Positions 18,991-28,194 of a stretch of 64,000 nucleotides of DNA are shown in pieces. The DNA is from Dehalococcoidia bacterium (GTDB taxonomy: Bacteria > Chloroflexota > Dehalococcoidia > Lucifugimonadales > VXLM01): NCBI GenBank assembly GCA_963662435.1, contig OY759598.1, forward strand, positions 3,318,507 to 3,382,506, in the 5' to 3' direction. The position numbers and the translations under genes were made by a program. The notes beneath the pieces are model-generated. The model did not search any database and had not been told where the DNA came from. It saw only the letters and a list, made by a program, of their open reading frames with translations. Position 1 is the stretch's first letter, and every line of letters begins with the position of its first letter.

Positions 18991-20714
18991 GAGGCTGTCT
19001 CATAGCTTCACGTGGCGTGCAGTGATTGAGTACACGCTGGGGATGTGATGGGGGATGACCGGTAGACTCTATAGAGTCTGCGAGTGGCGATTCGTGGTCG
19101 GGCCGTCGACAACGGTGCCAAGCGGTTGTGGGCGGCATCAGTGGCGCCGCGACCACAGCGTGGATGTAGTCGTGGCGAGCCGGTGTGAGGCGAGTTCGAC
19201 GGCGAGGCGGCACTCCACACCCTGTGAAGGCTCTTGAGGTTGAACGCCGCAGCCAGCAGACACCACTCGGAGAGGACGTTCTCGCGGCCTCGCAGCAGGA
19301 ACCGCCTGGCGCTGTGATGCTCCTTGAGGAGGCCGAACACCGGCTCAACCAGCCCCTGACGCCGCTTATAACTCGCCCTGGCAGACTCGGTAGACATCAT
19401 CTCTCTGTGTCGTCTCAACTCAGGTTCGTATTCGCTGATTCTTATGGTTCGACCGTTGGTAGAGGTGGTGCATTCTCCAAAGGCAGGGCAGGTACGGCAG
19501 AGCGCACCCTCGGCCCTGTAGCGTCTGAGTCTGTAGCCGTTCGCGTGTCTGAACGTGTCCTTGAAGATGAGAGGTTGCTGATTCGGGCACAGGTATGTGT
19601 CGTTCTCAGGGTCGTACGTGAAGTGGTCCTTGTGGTACGGGGAGCGGCGTCGGCGGTTATGGGTGTCCGGCATGAGCACGCGGTGTCCGGAGGACGCGCA
19701 GTCGGCAAGGTTGGTCCCTGAGTGATATCCGGCGTCGGCGACGGTCACCGCATGGTCTGTCCCCGTATTCTCTGCAGACGCCTCGATCATCGGAACGAGC
19801 TGCGCGTGGTCGTCCGAGCCGGAGGTCACATCCGCGGCCGTGATGATCATGCCGGAGGCATCGTCGGACGTGATGGGCGCCACCATCGACTGGGCGTTGT
19901 AGCCGGCTATAAAGCCACCTTCCTTGCTCTTGAGCAGCCCCGCGTCAGGGTCGGTAAGGTTCGCGTGGTTGGCTCCCTCCTCCTCCAGCACGAGGCCAAG
20001 GGCGTCGACCACTCGGTCGCGCAATGCCTCGGCGCTCGCAATCTCCGATGGTAGTTCGACTGGTGCAGGCTCCCCTCCAGTCGAGTTCTTTGCTTCCAGA
20101 TCCGCAATGGCTGCTTCCGTACGCTCCAAGAGCCGTCTGAGACCCTCCGCGTCGTAGGTGCGGTCACTGGACGCGTTACCGGCGATTCGTGTCCCGTCCA
20201 CCGCCTGAAGTGCCAAGTCCACCAAGCCGGCCTTCACAGCCGTGCGCACCGTGCGATTCAGGAGAACCCTCATCCGCTCTCGGTGAGACCTGTAGAACCT
20301 CCACAGCGTGTTGTGGTCCGGCCTCTGCCTCCCGGTCAGCCACATGAAGGCCACCTGTTCGCGGCAGGCCGTCTCCAGCTTGCGGCTGGAACGCACACCC
20401 GTCATGAACCCATATATCCACACGCTCAGCAACGCGCGAGGGTGATAGGACGATGCTCCCATAGGATCGCCTCGCAGGTCGATCCCCAACTCCTTCCACG
20501 TCTCCTCATCAAGAGAGTCCACAAAGGTCGCGGCGAATCGTGCGGGATGATTGGGGCCTACTAACTCTCCCAGATCAGGCGGCAGAAGCCACCCCTGTTC
20601 CCGATTGAAGTCCCGAAATGGCATGCCACTTCTCCTAAAGCAGGTGCAACAACACAAACTTACCCCTAGAACCTCTGTATTTTCAATAAGGCAACCTACT
20701 TATGAGACAGCCTC
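18991..20714 (-). mobile_element. IS1182-family element, copy 1
   Basis: 14-bp IR GAGGCTGTCTCATA; 5-bp direct repeat CGACG at 18986-18990 and 20715-20719; 1724 bp. Confidence 0.93.
19008..20624 (-). CDS. IS1182-family transposase
   Basis: YHPRALL, SSRKLE, PDHNTLWRF, AVDGTRI, TDPDA, GYNAQ, ADAGYHS, Cys cluster, VEPVFG. Confidence 0.93.
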   Translation of the reverse strand: MPFRDFNREQGWLLPPDLGELVGPNHPARFAATFVDSLDEETWKELGIDLRGDPMGASSYHPRALLSVWIYGFMTGVRSSRKLETACREQVAFMWLTGRQRPDHNTLWRFYRSHRERMRVLLNRTVRTAVKAGLVDLALQAVDGTRIAGNASSDRTYDAEGLRRLLERTEAAIADLEAKNSTGGEPAPVELPSEIASAEALRDRVVDALGLVLEEEGANHANLTDPDAGLLKSKEGGFIAGYNAQSMVAPITSDDASGMIITAADVTSGSDDHAQLVPMIEASAENTGTDHAVTVADAGYHSGTNLADCASSGHRVLMPDTHNRRRRSPYHKDHFTYDPENDTYLCPNQQPLIFKDTFRHANGYRLRRYRAEGALCRTCPAFGECTTSTNGRTIRISEYEPELRRHREMMSTESARASYKRRQGLVEPVFGLLKEHHSARRFLLRGRENVLSEWCLLAAAFNLKSLHRVWSAASPSNSPHTGSPRLHPRCGRGATDAAHNRLAPLSTARPRIATRRLYRVYRSSPITSPACTQSLHAT

Positions 20715-20778
20715 CGACGGGAGAGGGGATAAAGCGAGTACTAGGAGATTCACCCCAGAGGGCGCTGGGAGCGCGGAG

Positions 20779-21054
20779 TGAGGATGCGAGACGATTTGAG
20801 AAGATGAGAGGGATTGAGAACGTGAATCGGATTTTGAGAGTGAGGGATCGAGGATGTGAGAGGGAATGAGAATGTGAGAGGGATCGAGGATGTGAGAGGG
20901 AATGAGAATGTGAGAGGGATTGAGAATGCGAGAGGGATTGAGGATGTGAGACGGATTGAGGACGTGAGAGGGATTGAGAACGTGAGACGACTTGAGAATG
21001 TGAGAGGGATTGAGGATGTGAGAGGGATTGAGGACGTGAGAGGGATTGAGAAAT
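20779..21054. repeat. 18-bp tandem repeat array, consensus TGAGAGGGATTGAG(A/G)A(T/C)G
   Basis: 11 contiguous units at 20857-21054 plus about 4 degenerate units upstream; no spacers. Confidence 0.9.
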
Positions 21055-21140
21055 ACTCGGCATGAAAAGATTTTTGCTCCTGTTCTTGATCTGCGTCACA
21101 CGGTCTCTCGGGGGCAGGAAACCGGTTCTGCGACCTGGAC

Positions 21141-21169
21141 AACATAGGCCATGTGTTCTAGTTCGTCAA
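21141..21169 (-). promoter_or_regulatory. Sigma70-type promoter facing the repeat array (second copy at 23307-23335)
   Basis: TTGACG-17 bp-TATGTT; copy 2 is TTGACG-17-TATGGT. Confidence 0.55.
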
Positions 21170-21286
21170 ATTGGCGGCGCAGGCGTGACGAATTGGCGTT
21201 GTACCAGATTGGTGTGACATGTACCGGTTCCATATAATTTTGGTAGCTTGCTCAAGACACCCTCACCTTCACCCTCTCCCACGCCG

Positions 21287-23010
21287 GAGGCTGTCTCATA
21301 GCTTCACGTGGCGTGCAGTGATTGAGTACACGCTGGGGATGTGATGGGCGATGACCGGTAGACTCTATAGAGTCTGCGAGTGGCGATTCGTGGTCGGGCC
21401 GTCAGCAACGGCGCCAAGCGGTTGCGGGCGGCATCAGTGGCGCTGCGATCGCAGCGTGGATGTAGTCGTGGCGAGCCAGTGTGAGGCGATTTCGACGGCG
21501 AGGCGGCACTCCACACCCTGTGAAGGCTTTTGAGGTTGAACGCCGCAGCCAGCAGACACCACTCGGAGAGGACGTTCTCGCGGCCTCGCAGCAGGAACCG
21601 CCTGGCGCTGTGATGCTCCTTGAGGAGGCCGAACACCGGCTCGACCAGCCCCTGACGCCGCTTATAACTCGCCCTGGCAGACTCGGTAGACATCATCTCT
21701 CTGTGTCGTCTCAACTCAGGTTCGTATTCGCTGATTCTTATGGTTCGACCGTTGGTAGAGGTGGTGCATTCTCCAAAGGCAGGGCAGGTACGGCAGAGCG
21801 CACCCTCGGCCCTGTAGCGTCTGAGTCTGTAGCCGTTCGCGTGTCTGAACGTGTCCTTGAAGATGAGAGGTTGCTGATTCGGGCACAGGTATGTGTCGTT
21901 CTCAGGGTCGTACGTGAAGTGGTCCTTGTGGTACGGGGAGCGGCGTCTGCGGTTATGGGTGTCCGGCATGAGCACGCGGTGTCCGGAGGACGCGCAGTCG
22001 GCAAGGTTGGTCCCTGAGTGATATCCGGCGTCGGCGACGGTCACCGCATGGTCTGTCCCCGTATTCTCTGCAGACGCCTGGATCATCGGAACGAGCTGCG
22101 GGTGGTCGTCCGAGCCGGAGGTCACATCCGCAGCCGTGATGATCATGCCGGAGGCATCGCCGGACGTGATGGGCGCCACCATCGACTGGGCGTTGTAGCC
22201 GGCTATAACGCCACCTTCCTTGCTCTTGAGCAGCCCCGCGTCAGGGTCGGTAAGGTTCGCGTGGTTGGCTCCCTCCTCCTCCAGCACGAGGCCAAGGGCG
22301 TCGACCACTCGGTCGCGCAATGCCTCGGCGCTCGCAATCTCCGATGGTAGTTCGACTGGTGCAGGCTCCCCTCCGGTCGAGTTCTTTGCTTCCAGGTCCG
22401 CAATGGCTGCTTCCGTACGCTCCAAGAGCCGTCTGAGACCCTCCGCGTCGTAGGTGCGGTCACTGGACGCGTTACCGGCGATTCGTGTCCCGTCCACCGC
22501 CTGAAGCGCCAAGTCCACCAAGCCGGCCTTCACAGCCGTGCGCACCGTGCGACTCAGGAGAACCCTCATCCGCTCTCGGTGAGACCTGTAGAACCTCCAC
22601 AGCGTGTTGTGGTCCGGCCTCTGCCTCCCGGTCAGCCACATGAAGGCCACCTGTTCGCGGCAGGCCGTCTCCAGCTTGCGGCTGGAACACACACCCGTCA
22701 TGAACCCATATATCCACACGCTCAGCAACGCGCGAGGGTGATAGGACGATGCTCCCATAGGATCGCCTCGCAGGTCGATCCCCAACTCCTTCCACGTCTC
22801 CTCATCGAGAGAGTCCACAAAGGTCGCGGCGAATCGTGCGGGATGATTGGGGCCTACTAACTCTCCCAGATCAGGCGGCAGAAGCCACCCCTGTTCCCGA
22901 TTGAAGTCCCGAAATGGCATGCCACTTCTCCTAAAGCAGGTGCAACAACACAAACTTACCCCTAGAACCTCTGTATTTTCAATAAGATAACCTACTTATG
23001 AGACAGCCTC
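21287..23010 (-). mobile_element. IS1182-family element, copy 2
   Basis: Same IRs and length as copy 1 with scattered substitutions; flanks CGCCG / CGACG. Confidence 0.93.
21304..22920 (-). CDS. IS1182-family transposase
   Basis: Near-identical to 19008-20624. Confidence 0.93.
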   Translation of the reverse strand: MPFRDFNREQGWLLPPDLGELVGPNHPARFAATFVDSLDEETWKELGIDLRGDPMGASSYHPRALLSVWIYGFMTGVCSSRKLETACREQVAFMWLTGRQRPDHNTLWRFYRSHRERMRVLLSRTVRTAVKAGLVDLALQAVDGTRIAGNASSDRTYDAEGLRRLLERTEAAIADLEAKNSTGGEPAPVELPSEIASAEALRDRVVDALGLVLEEEGANHANLTDPDAGLLKSKEGGVIAGYNAQSMVAPITSGDASGMIITAADVTSGSDDHPQLVPMIQASAENTGTDHAVTVADAGYHSGTNLADCASSGHRVLMPDTHNRRRRSPYHKDHFTYDPENDTYLCPNQQPLIFKDTFRHANGYRLRRYRAEGALCRTCPAFGECTTSTNGRTIRISEYEPELRRHREMMSTESARASYKRRQGLVEPVFGLLKEHHSARRFLLRGRENVLSEWCLLAAAFNLKSLHRVWSAASPSKSPHTGSPRLHPRCDRSATDAARNRLAPLLTARPRIATRRLYRVYRSSPITSPACTQSLHAT

Positions 23011-23148
23011 CGACGGGAGAGGGGATAAAGCGAGTACTAGGAGATTTACCGCAGAGGGCGCTGGGAGCGCGGAGTGAGGTTGGTGTATGCCCATTTGCTG
23101 TGATGCCTCACCGTATTCTCGCGTGACCGCACTCTTCGGTCGCAGGGG

Positions 23149-23220
23149 TGAGACGGTTTGAGAATGTGAGACGGATTGAGAACGTGAGACGGTTTGAGAA
23201 TCTGAGAGGGACTGAGAAAT
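23149..23220. repeat. 18-bp tandem repeat array, 4 units
   Basis: TGAGACGG(T/A)TTGAGAA.. units homologous to 20857-21054. Confidence 0.85.
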
Positions 23221-23500
23221 ACTCGGCATGAAAAGATTTTTGCTCCTGTTCTTGATCTGCGTCACACGGTCTCTCGGGGACAGGAAACCGTTTCTGCGAC
23301 CCGGAAACCATAGGCCATGTGTTCTAGTTCGTCAAATTGGCGGCGCAGGCGTGACGAATTGGCGTTGTACCAAATGGGTGTGACATGTACCGGTTCCATA
23401 TAATTTTGGTAGCTTGCTCAAGACACCCTCACCCTCACCCACGACGGGAGAGGAGATAAGTGCCTCTCTATTCGACTGCCATATTCAATTGGAAACGGTA

Positions 23501-26254
23501 CTAGACTCGCATCTTGAAGTATTTTGCGTCCTTTCTGGCGATCTGGAAGGCGGTCTTGCCGGTCTTGTTGAGGACGGTGGGGTCGGCTCCGACTTCGAGG
23601 AGGGCCTCGGCGGCGTCGACACACCCCTCGTAGGTGGCGCGGTGGAGGGGAGTGCGTCCCTTTCTGTCCTGGGTGTTGAGGTCGGCGTTGTGCCGGGCGA
23701 GAAGACGGATTATGTCTGCCCGGTTAGAATCGGCGGCAAGTTGAAGGGGCGTGCGGCGGGCTTTGTTGAGGGGGTTGACGAGGGCACCGCGTTCCAACAG
23801 TATCTCGGCGCACTCGATGGAGCCTGCGCGCGCGGCCCAGTGGAGCGGGGTCATGCCGTAGTCGTCGGTGGCGTCTACGATCTCGGCGTCCTCATCGATG
23901 AGTTCCTGTAGTCGGGCGGTGTCGTTGAGGGCGCAGGCGGTGTAGACATCGTAGTACGCGCCGTCCTCGATGAGGATGCGGGCGACCTTGTGCTTCTTGG
24001 GTTCCTCCTCCTCCCTCCAGCCCGGCGCGGCGGCTACTTGAAGCGAGGTGGAGCCTTTCTCGCCCCAGCCCTTGATGGGAAGCTCGTGGTGGACTCCCGC
24101 TCCGTATTGCAGAAGTAGCCTGACCATGTCGACGTGTCCGCCAGTGGCCGCCCAGAAGAGCATGGAGGTGTTGTCGGGCCAGCCGACGTGGGGCTTCAGG
24201 ACGGAGATGCCCGTCGCGTCCGCCGCGCCCGACTCGAAAACGGTCTGGGCCACGTCCATCGCTCCCATGTACACGGCGTCGAAGAAATTGTTGTATTCAG
24301 TGGGGTCCAAGTCGAGGGCGATGCCCCGGTCGAGCATGAACTTGACGGCAGGACCACAACCGTTCCTGTTCAGCAAGAGCCGGTGGAGCAGAATGCTCCC
24401 GATGCGGTCGAGCACCTGCGGTTCATCGGCTAGAATCGCTTCCATTCGTCCGATGTCGGATGTTCCAACCCAGTTTCTGCGTTCGGTGCCAATGGAGGCC
24501 GCGATGAACTGCTCCTCGGATGGAGTGAGCTCGAAACTCTCCTGGTCCTTGGGGAACCAGTTATTCCAATGTCTGATTGCATTCGTCGTGTCCATGTCTT
24601 TCTCCCCAAGTTCTCTACCAGTCTTTCCGCCATGCTCGCGGATCAGGTCGGCGGCGACGTGGTTCTCCCGGTCTATTGCGGCGTCCAGGGGTGTGCTGCC
24701 ATTTTTATCGGTGAGGTTGATGTCCGTACCAGCGTCGAGCAGCGCCGTCACCGTGCCCGTTACCCTTTCGGCCGGAGCCCTGCTGCCCGCGAAGGCGGCG
24801 AAGTGGAGGGGTCCCGCGCCCGCCCAGGCGGGAGCCCGGTGGTTCGGGTCGGCCCCGCGATCCAAGAGGGCTTTCACGGCCTCGGTCTGGGCCTCCCAGG
24901 CTGCCCAGTTAATCGCGCCGAAGTCGTCGTGCGCGGGATTGGGATTTCCTCCATAGTCGAGGAGCAGCTTTACGCATTCGGGATCCTTGTTTCGCCAGGC
25001 GGCCGCATTCATGGCCAGGTCGGATGGAACGGCGCCGTGCTTGAGCAGCAGACGACAGCTCTCCGTATCATCGTAGAGGGCAGCCCGTCTCAGCGGCGAC
25101 ATTGCGTTCCCGTACGAGACGTTCGGGTCTGCCCCGGCCCTCAATAGCATATCCATCGCTTCGTGGCTCCCGCTCCAGGCCGCGAAGCAGACCGGACTGG
25201 TCCCGTTTGCCAGCCGGGAGTCGGCCGCGCCGGGGTCTTTGGCGAGTATCCGCGACAGACTTTCAACGTCGTTCATCGCAGCGGCGGTGAATGCGTCCAT
25301 CTCCGCGCCGTTCCGGACCAAAGACCGGACGATTTCCCGCCCCGATTCCATGAGAGCAGGGTTCGAGCTACCCCGTGCGACGGCGGTCTGGAGCAGCGTG
25401 TACCCGGTGTCGTCCCGCTGCGTGAGCAGGTCGGGGTCGCGCTCGACGAGTTCGACGATCCTGTCGGTGAGTCCCATCTCGACAAGGCTCCACGCCGTAA
25501 CCGGAGCGCCGTACTCTTCGAGCAGGTTGTAGCGACCAAGGCTGTCGTGGTGGGCAGCGGTCTCGAGCGCCGCGACGCCGTGTGCTCCGCTCACGTCAGC
25601 CCCAGCATCCAGCAGCAGGCGCATCATGTGGAGTCCGCCCTCCCAGCTTGCGAGTGTGATGGGAGCGCAGAGGTTGTTGTTCTCGTCCCAGCCGACGTTG
25701 CTAACGTCGGCTCCTCGCCCCACGAGTACGCGGGCTACTTCCAGCACATCCGGTGTGGCCCAGCGGAAGAACCCCGTGGACACCAGGTGCAACGCCGTCC
25801 GAGTCCGGCGCGAGACAGGGTGTGGATCGTTCCGAATCGCCTCACGGAAGGCTTCGCCCTCCAGCATGTAGTTGTCGTCCAGAAGTCGCGCGTGGATGAG
25901 CGTTGGCTGCGTGTCGAGCGCGCGACTGACGCAGTCGGCGTCCTGGGCTTTGACCGCGACGAAGAAGTCGATCAGGTCGTCCACGGAGTACGGGGGATCG
26001 GTGCCCTGCCGTACGTGGGCAACAAGTTCCGGCCAGCTCTGGCAGCCGTGCTCTATGGCGATGACACGCTGGGCGTCGTGAAGGGCGAGCTTCGCGGAGA
26101 ATACCTGGTCGTCCGAGTACGTGCCGAGCTGGGGGACTGCCGTACAGAAGCGACGGGCGGCATCGTGGTCGCGGGACTTGAGGGCCTTGAGAAGGTCCTT
26201 GGCCTGGTTGCGCGCCTGCTCGATGTTGAGGCGCACGGGGGTGTTGGATTGCAT
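23501..26254 (-). CDS. Large ankyrin-repeat protein with an N-terminal IEQARNQAKDLLK...IAIEHGCxSW domain
   Basis: SD GAGGAAGGAG; many ankyrin motifs (TPLHWAA, TPLHRA, GADPN). Confidence 0.92.
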   Translation of the reverse strand: MQSNTPVRLNIEQARNQAKDLLKALKSRDHDAARRFCTAVPQLGTYSDDQVFSAKLALHDAQRVIAIEHGCQSWPELVAHVRQGTDPPYSVDDLIDFFVAVKAQDADCVSRALDTQPTLIHARLLDDNYMLEGEAFREAIRNDPHPVSRRTRTALHLVSTGFFRWATPDVLEVARVLVGRGADVSNVGWDENNNLCAPITLASWEGGLHMMRLLLDAGADVSGAHGVAALETAAHHDSLGRYNLLEEYGAPVTAWSLVEMGLTDRIVELVERDPDLLTQRDDTGYTLLQTAVARGSSNPALMESGREIVRSLVRNGAEMDAFTAAAMNDVESLSRILAKDPGAADSRLANGTSPVCFAAWSGSHEAMDMLLRAGADPNVSYGNAMSPLRRAALYDDTESCRLLLKHGAVPSDLAMNAAAWRNKDPECVKLLLDYGGNPNPAHDDFGAINWAAWEAQTEAVKALLDRGADPNHRAPAWAGAGPLHFAAFAGSRAPAERVTGTVTALLDAGTDINLTDKNGSTPLDAAIDRENHVAADLIREHGGKTGRELGEKDMDTTNAIRHWNNWFPKDQESFELTPSEEQFIAASIGTERRNWVGTSDIGRMEAILADEPQVLDRIGSILLHRLLLNRNGCGPAVKFMLDRGIALDLDPTEYNNFFDAVYMGAMDVAQTVFESGAADATGISVLKPHVGWPDNTSMLFWAATGGHVDMVRLLLQYGAGVHHELPIKGWGEKGSTSLQVAAAPGWREEEEPKKHKVARILIEDGAYYDVYTACALNDTARLQELIDEDAEIVDATDDYGMTPLHWAARAGSIECAEILLERGALVNPLNKARRTPLQLAADSNRADIIRLLARHNADLNTQDRKGRTPLHRATYEGCVDAAEALLEVGADPTVLNKTGKTAFQIARKDAKYFKMRV

Positions 26255-26274
26255 GACACACTCCTTCCTCGATT

Positions 26275-26372
26275 TGCCTGGTGTTCGCGTGACTCAGGCG
26301 AAGAAAAGAGTGTCGATTGTACTCAATACCGACAACTTCGGGGTGGGCCCAGCCCTTCTCGCGAACTTGGCA
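26275..26372 (-). ncRNA. Candidate structured 5' leader RNA of the ankyrin gene
   Basis: Nested helices TGCC/GGCA, GTTCGCG/CGCGAAC, CGAAG/CTTCG and TGTCG/CGACA between promoter and SD. Confidence 0.5.
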
Positions 26373-26394
26373 GCTCCCCCGCGAGCGTGGGGCA

Positions 26395-26424
26395 ACAATA
26401 GCGGGTGGAGGATGGGGGTGTCAA
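26395..26424 (-). promoter_or_regulatory. Sigma70-type promoter for the ankyrin gene
   Basis: TTGACA-18 bp-TATTGT. Confidence 0.6.
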
Positions 26425-26579
26425 GGTTGGGGGGAGTGGATGGGCCGACGTGCTGGAAGTATCTGGTATAATCCACCCAACTGAAGGGGCAGGCTTCCGC
26501 AGCCGTTTAGCCAGATCAGGGGTAGTTTTTCTAGATCACCCGTGCTATAGTGTGGTCAGAACGCACCGGATAGGTACTG

Positions 26580-27566
26580 ATGGCACAAGGTCTTCTCGAC
26601 GTTCAACCGCACCGCCCGATAGTTGTTCGGACCTCAAAATACCGGGACGATGTGGACGTTCACATTGTCGACAGTGATGCCACGAACTTTCTAAAGACTC
26701 TTCCTAACGGGACCGCTCGTCTCGTGGTGTCATCTCCTCCATACAACATCGGCAAGCCATACGAAAAGCGGATCAAACTCTCCAAGTACCTTGAATGGCA
26801 GTTGGACGTATTGCGGGAATGCGTCCGTGTAATGCAAAGCGACGGAAGTCTCTGCTGGCAAGTTGGTAACTACGTCGACTCAGGGGAAGTCTACCCACTG
26901 GACGTAATGTTCTATCGGATTCTCAAAGAGGAGCTTGGTCTAAAGCTCCGCAACAGGATCGTATGGTCATTCGAGCACGGGTTACATGCGCGGAAGCGCT
27001 TTTCGGGGCGATACGAAGTCATCCTATGGTTCACCAAGGACGATTCGTATGTCTTCAACCTTGACCCTGTTCGCGTTCCTCAGAAGTACCCCGGCAAGAG
27101 ACACTTCAAAGGCCCGAACCAAGGTAAGTTGTCCGGCAATCCCCTTGGGAAGAACCCGGGAGATATCTGGAAGATCATCGCGGACGACTGGGTAGGCGAG
27201 ATTTGGGATATTCCCAACGTAAAGTGGAACCATCCCGAAAAGACCGTTCATCCAGCACAATTTCCCATCGAACTCGTCGAGCGACTCCTCCTCGCTCTAA
27301 CGAATCCCGGGGACACCGTGCTTGACCCGTTTATGGGAGTTGGTTCTTCCGTTTTAGCTTCGATGCTCCACGGTCGTCGGACTATCGGAATAGACGTCAA
27401 CTCCCAATATACGGAGATCGCCTATGAGCGGTCACAGGCGCTGCTGAGCGGGACGCTTCGTCGTCGCCCGTTGGGCAAACCCAAGCATCAGCCGAACGGC
27501 CGAGAACGTGTCGCGCAACTGCCACCTGAGTGGCTCACGCACGCGACGGACTCCGTGCCCGAATGA
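26580..27566 (+). CDS. Type II DNA methyltransferase, beta class, likely N4-cytosine
   Basis: Catalytic SPPY precedes HPAQFP and the SAM-binding DPFMGVGS. Confidence 0.92.
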   Translation: MAQGLLDVQPHRPIVVRTSKYRDDVDVHIVDSDATNFLKTLPNGTARLVVSSPPYNIGKPYEKRIKLSKYLEWQLDVLRECVRVMQSDGSLCWQVGNYVDSGEVYPLDVMFYRILKEELGLKLRNRIVWSFEHGLHARKRFSGRYEVILWFTKDDSYVFNLDPVRVPQKYPGKRHFKGPNQGKLSGNPLGKNPGDIWKIIADDWVGEIWDIPNVKWNHPEKTVHPAQFPIELVERLLLALTNPGDTVLDPFMGVGSSVLASMLHGRRTIGIDVNSQYTEIAYERSQALLSGTLRRRPLGKPKHQPNGRERVAQLPPEWLTHATDSVPE

Positions 27567-28174
27567 GAATAGCCGCCCAATACTCTCACCTCAATGGGCT
27601 AGAGTATCTGCTCGTCCACAAACGGGGCCTCTGGAACGAGATTCAGGAAGTAATCTCAGTTGTGGACGCTGAAGCGTGTAGGACGAAAGTATCCAGAGAA
27701 AAGACAATGCGCGGAAAACTGTTGTACTCACCTGAGGCATTGAATACGGCGTTCAAGCAGCAATTCATAAAGCGTGGGTGGGCCGGCTCCCGCACCGACT
27801 ACTGGGTGACCGAGGACGCCAATCTCATTCGGAAGACGATCCAGCTTCCGAGGGAAGAGCAGAAGCGACAGATTGAAGCTGCAGGTTATGCTGCTTACAA
27901 GTCTTACAATCACACCGATTTCGTGAACCAGCGTGTTGCGGTCGAGGTACAGTTTGGGAAGTACTTTGCCGTAGCATATGATCTGTTCGTCAAGCACCTG
28001 GCTTTTTTCGTCGGTGACGTCATTGACCTCGGCGTTGAGATCGTCCCGATGAAGGAACTCCAACGAGAGATGTCATCAGGAGTTCCGTACTACGAAGGGG
28101 AGTTATACAACCTGATCCGCGAAGGAAGGGGAGTCCCGGGAGTTCCTCTGATTCTGCTGGGTATTGCGGTATAA
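27563..28174 (+). CDS. Type II restriction endonuclease, BstYI/BglII family
   Basis: YSHLNGLEYL, TDFVNQRVAVEVQFGKY (D...ExQ active site), MSSGVPYYE; ATGA overlap with the MTase. Confidence 0.88.
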   Translation: MRIAAQYSHLNGLEYLLVHKRGLWNEIQEVISVVDAEACRTKVSREKTMRGKLLYSPEALNTAFKQQFIKRGWAGSRTDYWVTEDANLIRKTIQLPREEQKRQIEAAGYAAYKSYNHTDFVNQRVAVEVQFGKYFAVAYDLFVKHLAFFVGDVIDLGVEIVPMKELQREMSSGVPYYEGELYNLIREGRGVPGVPLILLGIAV

Positions 28175-28194
28175 CAGTTCTTCGCTTTGCTAGG

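Larger units (their letters stand above)
18915..23501. mobile_element. Composite insertion: three MITE-like units (18915-20741, 21221-23037, 23387-23501), two carrying IS1182, separated by duplicated spacers
   Basis: Bounded by CTAG at both ends; unit ends G(G/T)ACCGGTTCC and GTAC+TA; a unit of about 2.3 kb is repeated. Confidence 0.7.

Noticed and set aside
20779..21054. Possible CRISPR array
   Set aside because: Units are contiguous 18-mers with no unique spacers, and no cas genes are present.
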